From the NCBI GenBank assembly GCA_964247055.1, contig OZ176057.1, positions 1,612,001-1,676,000 on the forward strand: 64,000 nt of DNA, written 5' to 3'. The translations under genes and the position numbers were made by a program. This DNA is from Paragordius varius (taxonomy: Eukaryota; Animalia; Nematomorpha). Shown here piece by piece: positions 37,730-52,100 of the stretch. How positions within the stretch are numbered: position 1 is the stretch's first letter; every line of letters starts with the position of its first letter. The notes under the pieces were generated by a model. The model made no database searches, was not told the origin of the DNA, and worked only from the letters and a program-made list of their open reading frames with translations.

Positions 37730-40700
37730 TAAAAATAATTTTATTACATTTTTGAGTTTTAAATTAGCGGTTATATTGTCTTGATAATAATATAGTTGTT
37801 ATATTTTACTGCGTTTTAACCTTGAAATTATATATTTATATATATATTTTATATTGTTCTGTCAGTTTCTTCTTTGTAAAAACGAATAAAAATATTTGTT
37901 TTTTAAATAAAAAAAATTTTAAATTTATGTAATTGCCTAATGTCGCTAATTAGTGACACACATTAATAATTTATAAAATAATATTTTTTGATTGTTTTTT
38001 TTTTTAATTTTTTCTTTAAAAGCCAAATGAAAATGGTTTTTTTTTGCCTAAAACAAATCAAAAAATAAATGATTCCAAAATAAAAATATTATTAAATTAA
38101 AAGTTAAAATTTAATAAAAAATCCTGAAATTTTTTTATAATCTTTTTAACAGATTTTTTCGGTCCGGAATATTATTTTATCAAAATTTTAAATTAATTTG
38201 CTCTTAAAAATATTTTTATAAATTATCACAGTTATAACGCTCCCCCCCCCTTGTCAAAAAACGCTAATAAGCTACTAAAATTTATATTAAATATTTTCAT
38301 TATCAAGATTTTTTCGATTTCTCCACATTGCATATTACATCACACACACACACACACTAGCCCCTTGCGTAATTCTTTTTCAATTCTTTTTTTAAAAGCA
38401 AATAATTTTCTATTAAAAAATTCTTTTTGAACCATTTGTTGTTTATATTATATTATAAATTTTAAAAAATAATGATTTTCCTATGATATAAACATTTTAT
38501 AAAAAGAGAAGCCAAGACGTGTTTGTTTGTTCAGAAATAAAAATCGATCGATTGATTTGAATCCGAAAATATCGATTAAATGATTTGATTAACAATTTTA
38601 TTCTCATAAAAGGTTCCCCCTGTAAATTTTTTACGGACAAAACGTAAAAAATATTTTTTTCTAAATGACAACTAACTATACTTTTGTAATCCTAATTTTT
38701 ATAAAAATATAACTTTTAGTTCTAAACTGCAAAGTATAAAATAAAGATGTATAGCGGAAAATCAAATATTTTCGGATTAAAATTTAATCATTTTTTTAGG
38801 AATTTAAAAAAGTGTGAGGTCTTTATAAAAAAATTTGTCTTTATATTTATACCTTTTATCCGTATGGTTTAAAATTTTAAACATATATTTAGATAATCTA
38901 TTGATAAATTTTACTCAATTATCTAATTTAAAAAACCTTATCTCCAATACTATTGTGGTTGGTTGCTAAATGAAATTAAATATGGGAAAAATCGAGTTTG
39001 TAATATATATATGTGCGAATGTGTTTGAGCAAAAAATAAAATTATCTAAATTTTTTAAATAATTTAAAATTAATAATATATGTATATGGTTTTTAAAAAT
39101 TATTCAAAATATACGATTTATAATATATCTATCCTAATTGATTTTCATTTTGATTATTTAATATTTTACCACGAAATTTAAACCAGATTTGGCCTATATA
39201 TTAATATATGTATATACATTTCAAATATTTTTGCGTAGAACACACAATAATACATCGATAAAAATGAGAAATTGTGATTGATTTTTGATAAAAATCGAAA
39301 ATTCCAATAAAATATATTTTTTTTCGTTATTTTTATTATAATTTAATTTGATTTTTGTGTGATCGTTTCCCCCCATCAAATAATTCTCATTCTTCGAAAA
39401 GGTTTTCATAAAAATAGATATTTAATTTTTAATATATATAAAATTAATATATTTTTTAAAAAAATTTAAAATTCTTTTAATTAAATTAGTTTGATTTATT
39501 TTAACACAAAATTAGATGAAAATTTCATAATTTTACAGAAATTTTAGTTTATTTATAATTTTTATATGTATTTTACGTATTTTTATAAAATTTATAAATT
39601 TTTTAGTTAGAATTAGATATAAATAAGTTATTGTAATTCAAATCAAATAAAGCATTTTAAATGTTCAGAAGAGCGTTTATTTAATAAGTTAAATATTTTT
39701 GACACTTTGATTCTTCAGAGATAAATTAAATATTCGTTTTGGATATCGAGAATTCTCTTCAAAGGTTTTTTGTAAATAAAGAAATTTTTTTTCTAAATAT
39801 TCTAAAACTCACTTCAAGATCACCAATTTGACTTATTACTAATAAACTAAGTCATGACTAAATATGTTTTTCAAAAATTGATTGCTAAAAACATTTTTAT
39901 ATCAAAGCTTTACTTTATATATATTTGAGGATTTTCGGATAAAAGAGATTTTTTAAATAATAGTTTAGACGACAAATATATAAAATTACCAAATATTTAA
40001 AATTACCAAATATTTAAAATTATAAATCAAATACTCGTTAATGATACCCTAAACCAATATTTTCTTTATGAAATGTAGTCAAAAAATTCTTTTTTTAAAA
40101 AAATAAATGCTAAAAAAAGATTGATATCTTATAATTGATTTTCTTTAATGATCTAAGATTTTTGGTGCTTTAAAAAGCAATTTTTAGCTATTATAAGAAA
40201 AACTAATTAATTGCAAATTTAAATATACAACGACCGGACGTAATTCTTAATGTATTTAAATATCCCACAAAATTTAAAATATAAGATACCAGATTTTCTT
40301 GTTACACAAAAAAATATCTTATATTTTATAAAGCAAAAATATCAGTTTTTACCTTGAATGATCCCCGGATTCAACAGTAGAAATTGAAGTTATACGGAAA
40401 AAGCCTAAAAATATAAAGACAAATATTTTTTTTGAAAAGACAACCATAATTTAAAATCATAATTTTTTAATTATAATTTATCGTTTTAATATAATTAAAA
40501 TTAAAAATGTTTATCGGTAACACAATTAATTATATATTTTCCAATTATATTAAAGTATTAATATAGGATAAATTAAGATTTATAATTTAGGATGTCTTTT
40601 AAAAAATAATTTTTATCTTTAAAACTTCATGTTGACTTTATAATTAGTTTTTACTGTGTACACGGCTCAATTTTCAATCTTTTTTAACTTTTTACCCAAA

Positions 40701-42071
40701 TACGGAAAGGTGAACGCAACATTTAACTATTTAAAATGAGTACTTTTAAAGGTTTATATTTTTAAAACTGTCTGTTATTGTAAAAATCAATTTGCTCTTT
40801 TAGTCCATGTAAGATCTTTAAATTTTCACTATTTGACAACGTGATGAGCGACCGTTTGTCGTATTTATCTATATAAATATATTTTGAATTTGAAAATTAA
40901 GTTAATCCCACACTATTTCAATCTTTTTAAACGGAAGAAATAAATTTAAATTTTAAGGCCTATTTTAGTACAAATGCTATATCTCAAAGACCGTTTTTTC
41001 GTAAATTGGATAATTATATTGAAATTACCCTTTAACAAATACTTTTTAGGCGGCAATTTTATTATGAAGGCGGTTTTCAGTGGTTAGACAATTTAACAAA
41101 TTTTACTAATTTTTTGATATAAAATTGACAAAAATTTACAATGCAATTCAAAACGATTAGGTATATTAAGAAAATATCTTTACTCTGGTTGTATTTTAAA
41201 AAAAAATATTTTCTTTTTTGCTTTTTTGACTATATGATTCCAATTTTTACTGTAAATTAATGCGTTTTTTAGTATTCAAAAAATATGGATATGACCGCTT
41301 TGAATAACATAACACTCTAACCAGGTGTTTATATGTTTATTAAAATTCATCTTTTTCCAAATATCTTAAATTGAATATAAAATTTTGTTTTAAGAGTATA
41401 TTTTATATCATACGAATCATATGAGGCACTTTTAAAAGTTTAATTTTTAGAAACGCTCATAGTTACGGTCTTTTAACAACTTTTCTACACCGAATAGATT
41501 CAAGGATATATTTTATATTTTAATAAGCGCCAAGTTGTTTTTAATGAACTTTAATAAATTTTAAAATGTATTAATATTTTTAAATTCAATATGTTTTGAG
41601 TTGAAATGCTATTATAATTAATTTTTGCTTATTATATATATTGAAATAAAACGTACAATAAATAATAAGTTGTGTTTACAAAATATTGAGGTGCCCATAA
41701 CCAAATTTTAACACGCCCAAAACATTTTTGATACGAGTTATCAATATGACAGCTAGAGATAATTTCTTTTAACTCATTGGCAAATTCAATCATCTTTTTT
41801 CAACCCTAAATTTGATTATATTTCTGTAAACATTCTCAACGAAATATCTATCTATACATTTATTTGATGCTATGCCCTACACTTATTGGGCATTTTAACA
41901 AAAAGCGCAAAAAAAGTGACCTGTTAAATTTATCACGCTATAAATTAATACCAAAATACAAAAGTTAACAACCTAACTAATATTTTTTCTTTGATTGTTA
42001 TAATTTTTAGCCAACAATCCCGGAATTTGACAATCAAATCGATATAATCGTAATAACAATCCTTAGTAAAT

Positions 42072-45000
42072 ATGGAAGCTATTAAAAAGAAATTGCAGGC
42101 AATGAAGATTGAGCGTGAAAACGCTCTGGATAAAGCCGAACAACTGGATCAACAATGCAAGGAAGCTAATAAGAGAGCGGCACAGGTATTTTGTTTTTTA
42201 AATACAAAATTTTTTCCCGCATTTATGGAATTTTTATCCGATAATTTAAGGTTATTAAATCATAAACCGGTACACCTACTTGCTTTGGAAACCATATTTT
42301 GGTTTAATAAATAGCTCGCATCATTTTGAATCTTTCAAATAAAATATAATAATTTAAAAAATATTAACTTTTTGTAATTAACGATATTTAAATAATATTA
42401 TATTAAGAATATTTCAAAAAATGATTAAATAATATTAATTCTGATGGTTCGTAGATTTTTTAAAAATATAGCCATAACCCATAGGAAAGCACGTACAACT
42501 TGAACAGGGTCCTCACGGACTTTATTTAAATATTAATTTAGGATATGATTTTTTAAGGTTTGGGTAGGTAGTTATTGGGGAAGAAAACTTCTACTCTTAG
42601 GTAGAATTCAAATATTGTTCTATATTTAATTTATTATTACGAACGAATAACTTAAATAGCGGTATTTTACTCAAAAATATTAACCGGGATAATAATAAAA
42701 TAATTGAAACCAATGTAAGTAAACTATAGCAAAAAATTATATATTATCTTTTTAATCTGTGAAAATATTTTTTTAATATGTGGTAAAGGTGTTAGTTGTC
42801 GGATTCTACTTTTCGGAATAAAGACCTAATATTTATTTGGACGGTTATAAGTTGGGCAATATTTTTTAATTTTCTTGCTTTTATATATTATCTTATTAAA
42901 TTTAAGATTATGAACTTAAATAAAAACATCGTTGATTAGTCTTGGTAGGGTGTGGTCAACATATAGTATTATAGTAGATTAATGTACAGAGTTGAATTTT
43001 GAAGTAATTTTTTATCATACATATTTAAGATTCGGAAATGTTTTTGTCCACTATTGTGTATTTAGCAAAAACAATGAAACTATTGTATAATTTTAATACT
43101 TTTAACAGGCACTAATTTATATTCGAGAAAATCAGTAATTAGCTATTATTTAACAAATATGTTTCTTATATTTATTTATGTTATAAATTAATGGCATTGA
43201 ATTTTTCTCGATGATGAAGAATAATATGGAAGAAATATGAAACAAAAATCAATAATTTTATATTCAAATCATTGTTACAGTTATTAATTAAGTTGTTTTA
43301 TTCGGGTAAATACGCATAAAAAATAAATAATTTTATTAAGGTTAAAGCCAAGATTTTTAAGTTTAAACTAAAATATAAATCAAATATACATGATTAGGGA
43401 ATAGTAGCAGAATTAATATTTAAATATACTATTGGAATGGGTCCTATCCATTTTAACATTTCAAAACCTACTGGGGTAGTTTTGTAGCCCAGAGCGAAAT
43501 CTCAAAGGGATATATGATGTTTAAACAATGGAGAAAGTTACGCGCAAGATTCAAAAAATAAATTTTTAAAATGTATAATTTATCATCAAACCCTTCGCCG
43601 CGTTTTTTCTTTTGAGATATTGCTAATACAACAGGCAAAAGTATGGTTAAAAAATGTTAAAAATTGTTTTTAGTTCATAATTTAGTTTGTTATTTATTGA
43701 TGTTTTAATTTTTTATTCAAGTTTCAAAGATATGCCATTTCAGATTCTAGTGTAAAAAATAAATAACGCTTGTTAATTAAATCAGTAAGTTATAATTTGA
43801 TAATTAATATTTTAACCAATATATTTTCTAAACAGTAGTTAATTCCAAGTAAAACTATAAAGTTCCCAAAGTGTAATTATTGCATTGAAAATAACATATT
43901 AAAAAAATTGATTTATATTTTTTGACTGCTTCAGGCTGAAGAAGAAGTTCAAAATCTACAAAAAAAGATTCAAACCCTTGATAATGACTTAGACGCTGCT
44001 CAGGAATCTCTTAAAGAGGCTCAAGACCAGCTTGAAACAAAAGACAAGGCTGCCGCTGAAGTACACATTATTTTTTACCATTTGAAAATTTTTTAAGGTA
44101 TTAATATCTGTAGAAAAAAATGTAATTGAAAACAAATAGTTGTATTTTTATGGACCGTTGATTTTTTAAGGTGCCCTAGATTACTTTGCTTTAATTTTTA
44201 CCGGAGCTTTAGTTTGATTTTTAAAAAGTATAAAATTCGGGAAAGCTTTATATAAATTGCTTAATTTTAATATAATTAGCGTAATAAGAATATTCAGGTA
44301 AAAGAATCCTTAAATTTTTAAATAGGCTCTAAATCATTAAAACAGTGTAAAAATTTAAATTTGATGTTTTTATAAAAATTATATCAATATGATATATAGA
44401 ACAATTCAATTTTTAAATTCATTTCATATGTTTGACCATTATTGTCTTGTTTGTGTACCAAATTTTTAACATATCACATTTTTTTACCATTGATCATTTT
44501 GTTTGTGGTGTTGTTTGATACCCTCTGAAAGAAATTTCCAATTTTGCTCAATAAAGATTGACTTTGGTTAGCGTTATTTGATTTAATAAATTATTCCAGA
44601 AGTCAGCCAAAGAATCGAAGTTGCATTTATAATTTTGTATATAAATTGATAAAATATAGTTAAAATATTTATTTACAACATTCATTCCAGCATTATTGTC
44701 GATACTAAAAGTTTGTAATTAACAATAAAATTGTGATATCCAGACTTAATATTCCAATATATCTGTTATATATATCGCGTCGATTATACGCTTTTACACA
44801 ATTATTCTTTTAAAACATTCCATATTCATCTATTCTACCCTATTTTAACCTCATTACTTAAAATTTCCTCCATGATTGCATCAAATTCCTCAAATTCCAT
44901 CGTTGTCAATGGCAACGGTCCTGTAGGAAGCACTTCTAACGGACAGGTTAGAGGAACAACTAATATTGGTAATAATCTTGTGTCCTCCACAAATTCCCCC

Positions 45001-48000
45001 ATGGTTGACATTATCAAAAAGAAAATGCGACAAACACGCGAAGAACTCGAAGCCTTAAGGGATCAAGCTGAGGAGTATAGACGTCAACATTATATTGAGC
45101 AGAGACGTTGTCAAGAAGTTTGTTGCCTTTACATAATGTGCACATTTTTGGGTGTTTTTTTTGAGTTAAAATGGAAAATGGAGAATGCATATTTTTTGGA
45201 ATGTATATCTATCACCATTTTATGGTTTTTGAAAATAGAAAGGATATATTTATTATGTAATGTTATATCACGGATAGTGGATTCAATGGAGCCTGTAGAC
45301 CGATTTTTTTGAAATATATTTCGTAGAGTGTGTGGGCTAAAGTGTTTGTTTCTGAGATAGTTGTATCAATAACAAAGCGATTTCGTATTGAGAACTTTTT
45401 CATTACACTTTTTAACGCTAAAATTGGGTATGTTAGAGATTTTGCCAACTTTAAAAATCTGTGAGTAAGTATACATTGCTAGTAGAAAGTTATTAATTAA
45501 TGCCAAATAGCATATACAACAGAGGGGGCAGTATTACAGGCTTATAGTTATTTTTTTCACTTTTAACTATTTCTAGCCAATAATAATTCTCTTTGCTGCA
45601 TATGCTATTTGGCAATTAAAAACTTTCTAGCAATGTATTTTTACTCATACTGGTTAGGTTTTTTTTCATTTATGAAGCATCTTTTTAAAGGGTATATATG
45701 TGAGAAGCCATCCGAATTTTTAACAGCTTTATATTGCCAAGTATATATATTGAAATTTAGCATATTTAATTGCAAAATATAACTATTTTATGAAAATTTA
45801 TTATTTGAATAGTTGGTATCAATCCATATAGCTAATAAAAACTAAAAGAAGCTTTTTCTTTGGTACATTGGCGTCATATCGTCAATGATCAATCATCAAT
45901 TTTGCTGACAAAAAAATTTTTGAAATGGATTACCATATTTTTTGAACAATTTCATTACAAAGATCATTTTAAATTTTGTTGTTATGTTAACTTTTAAATA
46001 TAGAATGAAATCTATTCTTGTAAATTTATGTCTTATTGTCAATTAAGACGGTCAATTTTGTTGAAAACCCTTGTATATTCAATTGTATTTACATTTTTTT
46101 CAAACGAACAATTTGATTACATAAATAATTATTTTCTTATCAATCAATCACACAAATTTTTTTTCTCATTCATGCATAGGCTGAATCCGAAGTTGCAGGT
46201 TTGAATCGCCGTATTCAATTGCTCGAAGAGGACTTGGAACGATCTGAAGAACGACTTAAAATTGCCACTTCAAAATTGGAGGATGCCTCCAAAGCCGCTG
46301 ACGAATCTGAACGGTATAATTATTGTTTAATTTGATTTATGTTTAATAAAAAGAGTCAAATATTGGCTTTGATATACTATATTTTCTTAAAAAACTGATA
46401 GTATTCGTAATAAATCATATATGGTAAAAGGTGGTATTATGCTATTAAAGTTATTAATATTTGTTTAAATTTAGATGTAGATTTATAGAAAAGCTGACAA
46501 AAAAAATAATTGTACCTAATTTAAACTAAGATATTAATTTTTTTGAATTCTCCGCGGACCGCACAAAGAATTGCGTTTAGCCGCATGTTGGTCACCTCTG
46601 TTTTTATAATGGATTTTAAATCGTGCTTAAACAAAAAAATCGGATTGTTTTTGAGTGGGCAATATTTTTTTCCGTTTTGTTTAAATTGGGCTCTTAAAAA
46701 TTTATACCTGCTCACAACTATTAATTTTTTTTTCTTTAGGCAGACATAAAGACTTACAACTATGGTTAATTAATGTTTTATACATTGTCTTTTTTAGAAA
46801 TGGTTAATTATACATTGTCTTTTTTAGAAGTATAAAGGCAAAACATAAAAAGTAAAACACTAATATTACATTCTAAAGTGGCAGACGAATTTGTAGGGTA
46901 TGAGTTTGTTGTATTGTCTCATTTGTTTTAAACCACGTGTTTAAATGAAATATATTTATTTTTTATTAAATGAAAATAAAGGATACATAAAACTCGGATG
47001 TATTTGGAACTTACAGTACGCATTTTTATGGTTGCTTTTTTACATTATAGTAGGGCAATTTGCATGAAACACAGCAGTGTATTAAAAAACAACAATATAT
47101 TTAATAATCAAATGTTCATCTCTTTTTTCCATACACTCACTCCTCTGTTGCAAATTGTCCAACTATAATGTGAAATATGCAACCATTAAATGCATACTTT
47201 AATTGGTTGATAAATGGACGTTTTAAATCCTTTACAATCATATAAATTTAATACTTTTATGTTTCTGTCCCATTTTTTTAATAATATCTTAATTTTTTCT
47301 TTCCGAACCAGGTATTTTTCTTACTGTATTTTTTTAAACTTTGTCTATCATAGGAATAAAAAGATTTTGGTTGATTTTATCTCTATTAAAAATGATCTAA
47401 ATTTCATAAAAATTTGATAAGATTAAATGATGAGAGTTACAAGAGAGAGGTGATTTGCCTTTTTATATGCTTTGTGCGCAAAATTTTTGTATTTGGTTAT
47501 TAAACCTAATTTAGCCAAATTTAAAATAATTTAAGGAATGTTTGATAGTATCTATTTTAAAATATTTTCTTTTTATATCTATATAATTTATGATGGTTTA
47601 TTAAAAAAAATTGGCTTAATTACATTTTAAATAATAAAATATAATATGGATAAAAAAAACAATAAGGTAACAATAAAACATTTTAACCTTAAACCTCCTT
47701 TTATGTGTTTTATTATCCTTTTTTCTTATATAATTATTAAATGGCTTTTATAACGTATTTGCTAAATTTTGTTATTTTTAACAATCAAAAAATATGTATA
47801 TAACCATTTGTATCACTAATTTAAATAAAATATTAAGGAACATCTAATTAATATCATCAAAATTATTGATTTATAAAAAATGATTTATATAAAAAAAACA
47901 TTCACTGCGTCCTTTCAAATTTATATTTTTTCCACATTAATATTTGTTATATACATGTGCTCTCTGTATAGTGCTAGGAAAGCGCTTGAAAATAGGAGTA

Positions 48001-49076
48001 ATTTGGAAGATACTAAGATTGAGGCATTAGATTCTCAACTAAAGGAGGCACAAAAGATGGCCTTTGAGGCCGAAAACAAATATCAAGAAGTAAAGTGTCT
48101 GTCTATCTCTGTATGTGTATGGGGGGTGTGATTGTTTTTTTATATTTTAATATAACAAACATTTTTTTAGAAATTAACTTTCACATACACATGCATTATT
48201 ACACCCAGAATTCTATTACAACAATAATGATGATAAAAAATTTAATGTGTGTTATCCGCCATTTCTGGAAATAGAGATTGTGTCCGGTATATCGGTTGAA
48301 AAAATGGACTGAGTCGTAGATAGAGTTTGTTTTTTAGCTTAATTGGCAGCTATAATATTTTCGGTCAAAAGATGCTCTGAAAAAAAGTCTTGAAACAGTG
48401 TTTAGATAGCGTTCTCCATCGTTCAACATTCATTAACATTTAATATAGTAAAAATCATTCCTTGATTTGTACCTTATATAAAATATCCTCTAATCTCTCA
48501 AAAATCATAGTGTCCGCAAAGTCATGGAAAATCGCAGCATGGGTGACGAGGAAAAGGTTGACGTGCTTGAGGCCCAGCTTAAGGAAGCCCAATACATTGC
48601 TGAAGAGGCTGACAGAAAATATGACGAGGTAAAAATTTGGGAATTGCTACCTCATATATTACGAATGAACCGTTCCTTGCTTTGCTTATTTGGCATTTAA
48701 CCCCACATGTTGATTCTTTAACCCATTATTTTGTGTTTGTAAAATTTATTTGCATGGCCTGTGTTATCTTCAAAATGTGGTTGTCCGTTTTTCCATTCGG
48801 GTGATTAGACTCGTTATTGAATTTTTAATGCTGCATGAATTTTTAATGACAAATGAACATATCTCTGAAAATAACTACAAACAACGAATTTTTCATATGT
48901 GTATATTCATCCTGATACAGTCGTCTACCATTTAATAATGCATGTGTGTTGTTTTTATATCACTATAATGGTAAAATAATAGTTTTAAATTATGATAGAA
49001 AACTAATATGCATGGACTAACTAATAACATTTTTTGCCTAACAAATTAACAATGTATGTGTGCGTGCCCGTATGCC

Positions 49077-49107
<31 letters not shown>

Positions 49108-52100
49108 GAATGCCTGTATTTTATTTTCGTTTTACTTTAACCCTTTCCTTATAGGTTGTACGTAAAGTCACGATACTTGAAAGTGACTTGGAACGAGCTG
49201 AAGAAAGAGCCGCTGCTGGCGAAGCGTAATATAAAACTTTATAATTATCTTACAATTTCATAAAAATTACCTGTATCGCACACCACACAAGCATGTATAC
49301 TTTTAAAGCCAAAAGCTCGGAAAGAAAAATTGTTTAAATTTGTTCATTCCCAGCTGGCGGCTTTGAAATTATGTGTGCCTTAGTGTAAGTAACCAGTGAG
49401 ACGGAATATAAAAAAACTTTTTTTCTTCTTTCCCACCAATCTTTATGCGTCGTGTCTTGCCTAGAATTTACAATAAATTATATTACTCTAGTTGCATTCT
49501 CTTATTTGATTTTTATGCATTTGCACGCCATACCTAGATTGTCTCATCTAGTTTTTCATGTAAAATATATATATACATACATACATAATGCAAAATACTC
49601 AATTAATTTTGTGACATAAAAAATTTCAATTCTTTCCTCCCTATGCATACCTATAATGTTGTTTATCTGTTTAGAAAATCGCATGTAATATATAAATACA
49701 TATACTAAGTCCGCACCTATTTTTTTATAGGTTGCCCGTAAATTACTTATGTTGGAATCTTCTCAAGAGGCGGCTGAGAGCCGTGCAGAAGCCGCTGAAT
49801 CGTAATATTAATATAAAATTTTAAGTTAAAATTATCTAATATCCTTTTTGTATATTGCTAAATTGAATACTAAACACATATTATTCCACAACACAAACTT
49901 GCCAAATTTTTAAATAAAATAGTAAAAACATTCGAAAAAATTTACATAAAGCTAATTTTATAGGTTTTCATTTATTTAATGACCAAAATAGTCAATAAAT
50001 ATATTTTTGTAAAACTCAATATTTTTAATATTAGTTTATACGGTTTTAAGGGGTACAACGGGTACACTTTTTCAATCTTTTATTAAAACATTATAATTTG
50101 TAAAACATATTAGTAAACTAAATATGTTTGTTTCTTAGTTATAATGTTTTAATAATTTAGACTGCTAGTTTCACTCCTTTTATGGATTTATTTTAATATA
50201 ATAACAACACTTGTTTCATATATATATTCTTCCTGAAAATTAATTACACATTGAATAACTTTTTATTATCTATAATATTTTGTTTTTAGAATGAGTGCAT
50301 TTATCACAGAAAACTATCAATTTTTTTTATTTGATACACCCGAAACATTAGATACACATTGACATATTATATTGAGAATTTCCTTTTTTGTCTAATTAGT
50401 AATGTTTGCACAAAATTTTTAATTTTCTATTATGTATAATACCACAAAACATTTACATTATATCATAGAATATAAAAACCGCATTTTCATCAATTGAACA
50501 TCCAACAAGCTATATTATCATATTTATAAATATTTTTTTCTATTCTATGGCAAGACAAAAACACATAAATATTCTCCCCTCCACGTATTGGTTTTTTAAG
50601 CTGGGTTTTCGACTACTGATTACGAAAAATGATAATTGGTCTGACTGTATTGCTTGTAAATGCAATCATTTACGGTTATAACCACAGTTAATTATTACCG
50701 TGAATAATGTTGCTACGGGTTGGGTTTCAAACTCACCAATAAATAAAAACCCTCTAACTGACTATAAATGCATTTACTTATGGTCATTAGCGGTTTTTAA
50801 ATCGAAAATTCAAAAAATATTAATTTGAAACCAAATAAAATGAGGTTTTACTTTAAATTGGTATTAGTTGCAATAAAATATTTTTATAATTTTCTAAATA
50901 TATTAATAAAGCCACTTTTCTTGTATTAATTTTTTTAATAAAAATTAAAGTTTTTGACTGTTCTAATTATATAGGCTGTATGAGTTACAGTCTGACATGC
51001 TTTAAATAAGTAGGCCCATCCCGAGTATCAAATTAAAAAAAATTATAGATTTTTTTTTATTATTATCATAAACTTTTTAACTGATGACGTATTCTAAATT
51101 TAAAGAATTTAAATCAATCTTTTAATACAAGCGCTCACCTTTGCAATTATATATTGGTGTCAGACCTAGCCCTGTCATTTTCGTAAATAAAGCACATTTA
51201 ATAATCATATCATATTATAAGATTTAAAATATTTTAGAGAAACTTTTGTAATTTTTTTAAAAAAATCAGTCAGATCGAACAAACGAACCCCTTTCATTTT
51301 CTTAATTATTTTATAAATATACATATTGACCAATATTACTGTTTTTTATAATAGAAAAATTGTGGAACTTGAAGAAGAATTACGCGTTGTTGGTAATAAT
51401 CTTAAATCTTTGGAAGTTAGCGAAGAAAAGGTGATTTTACCCTTTATATATATATATTTTAAAAAACGGTCTTTTTTTAAACAAATCACATATCGTTTAT
51501 AATATCTATTTATAATTTCATTTAATTCTATTGAATTATCCTTTATCGTTATATTACGGATTTTAACAACTGTTATTACAAAACATAACCAATCCGTTAA
51601 TTACCATTACAATATTAGTTAAACTTTATAGGAATGACCCCCAAAAAAATAAAAAAAACAGAAAACACACTTTTAACTTTATTTTACTTATAGAAATATG
51701 ACTTCAAAATTAAAAAAACTTTACAGTATGATAATTATTGTTATCTTTTATCCTAAAATTTATTTTTTTGTTTTTTATTTAAGCTTTAAATTTTGTACGT
51801 CCTTATTTTTTTGAAAATATTAATTTTTTTACAAGAATTTATTAATTAAATTGTTTAATTTATTGAAATATATTTTTTTAGGCTTCTCAACGCGAAGATA
51901 GCTATGATGAACAATTACGTGAACTAACTGCCCGATTAAAAGATGTAATATTTTATAAATTTTAACTTAATATATTTATTAAACATTCGTTTTGTTTAAA
52001 AAATTTCTAAAAATATTTATTACCTGTGGAGAAATTATACATATTTTTCAATAACATTAAATTTAAAAATAAATAAATGTTATTATTAAAAGATTTATTC

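Noticed and set aside
37000-42010. Tropomyosin promoter or non-coding first exon
   Set aside because: An acceptor at 42009-42010 implies an upstream exon, but no specific start site or element can be supported in this extremely AT-rich stretch.
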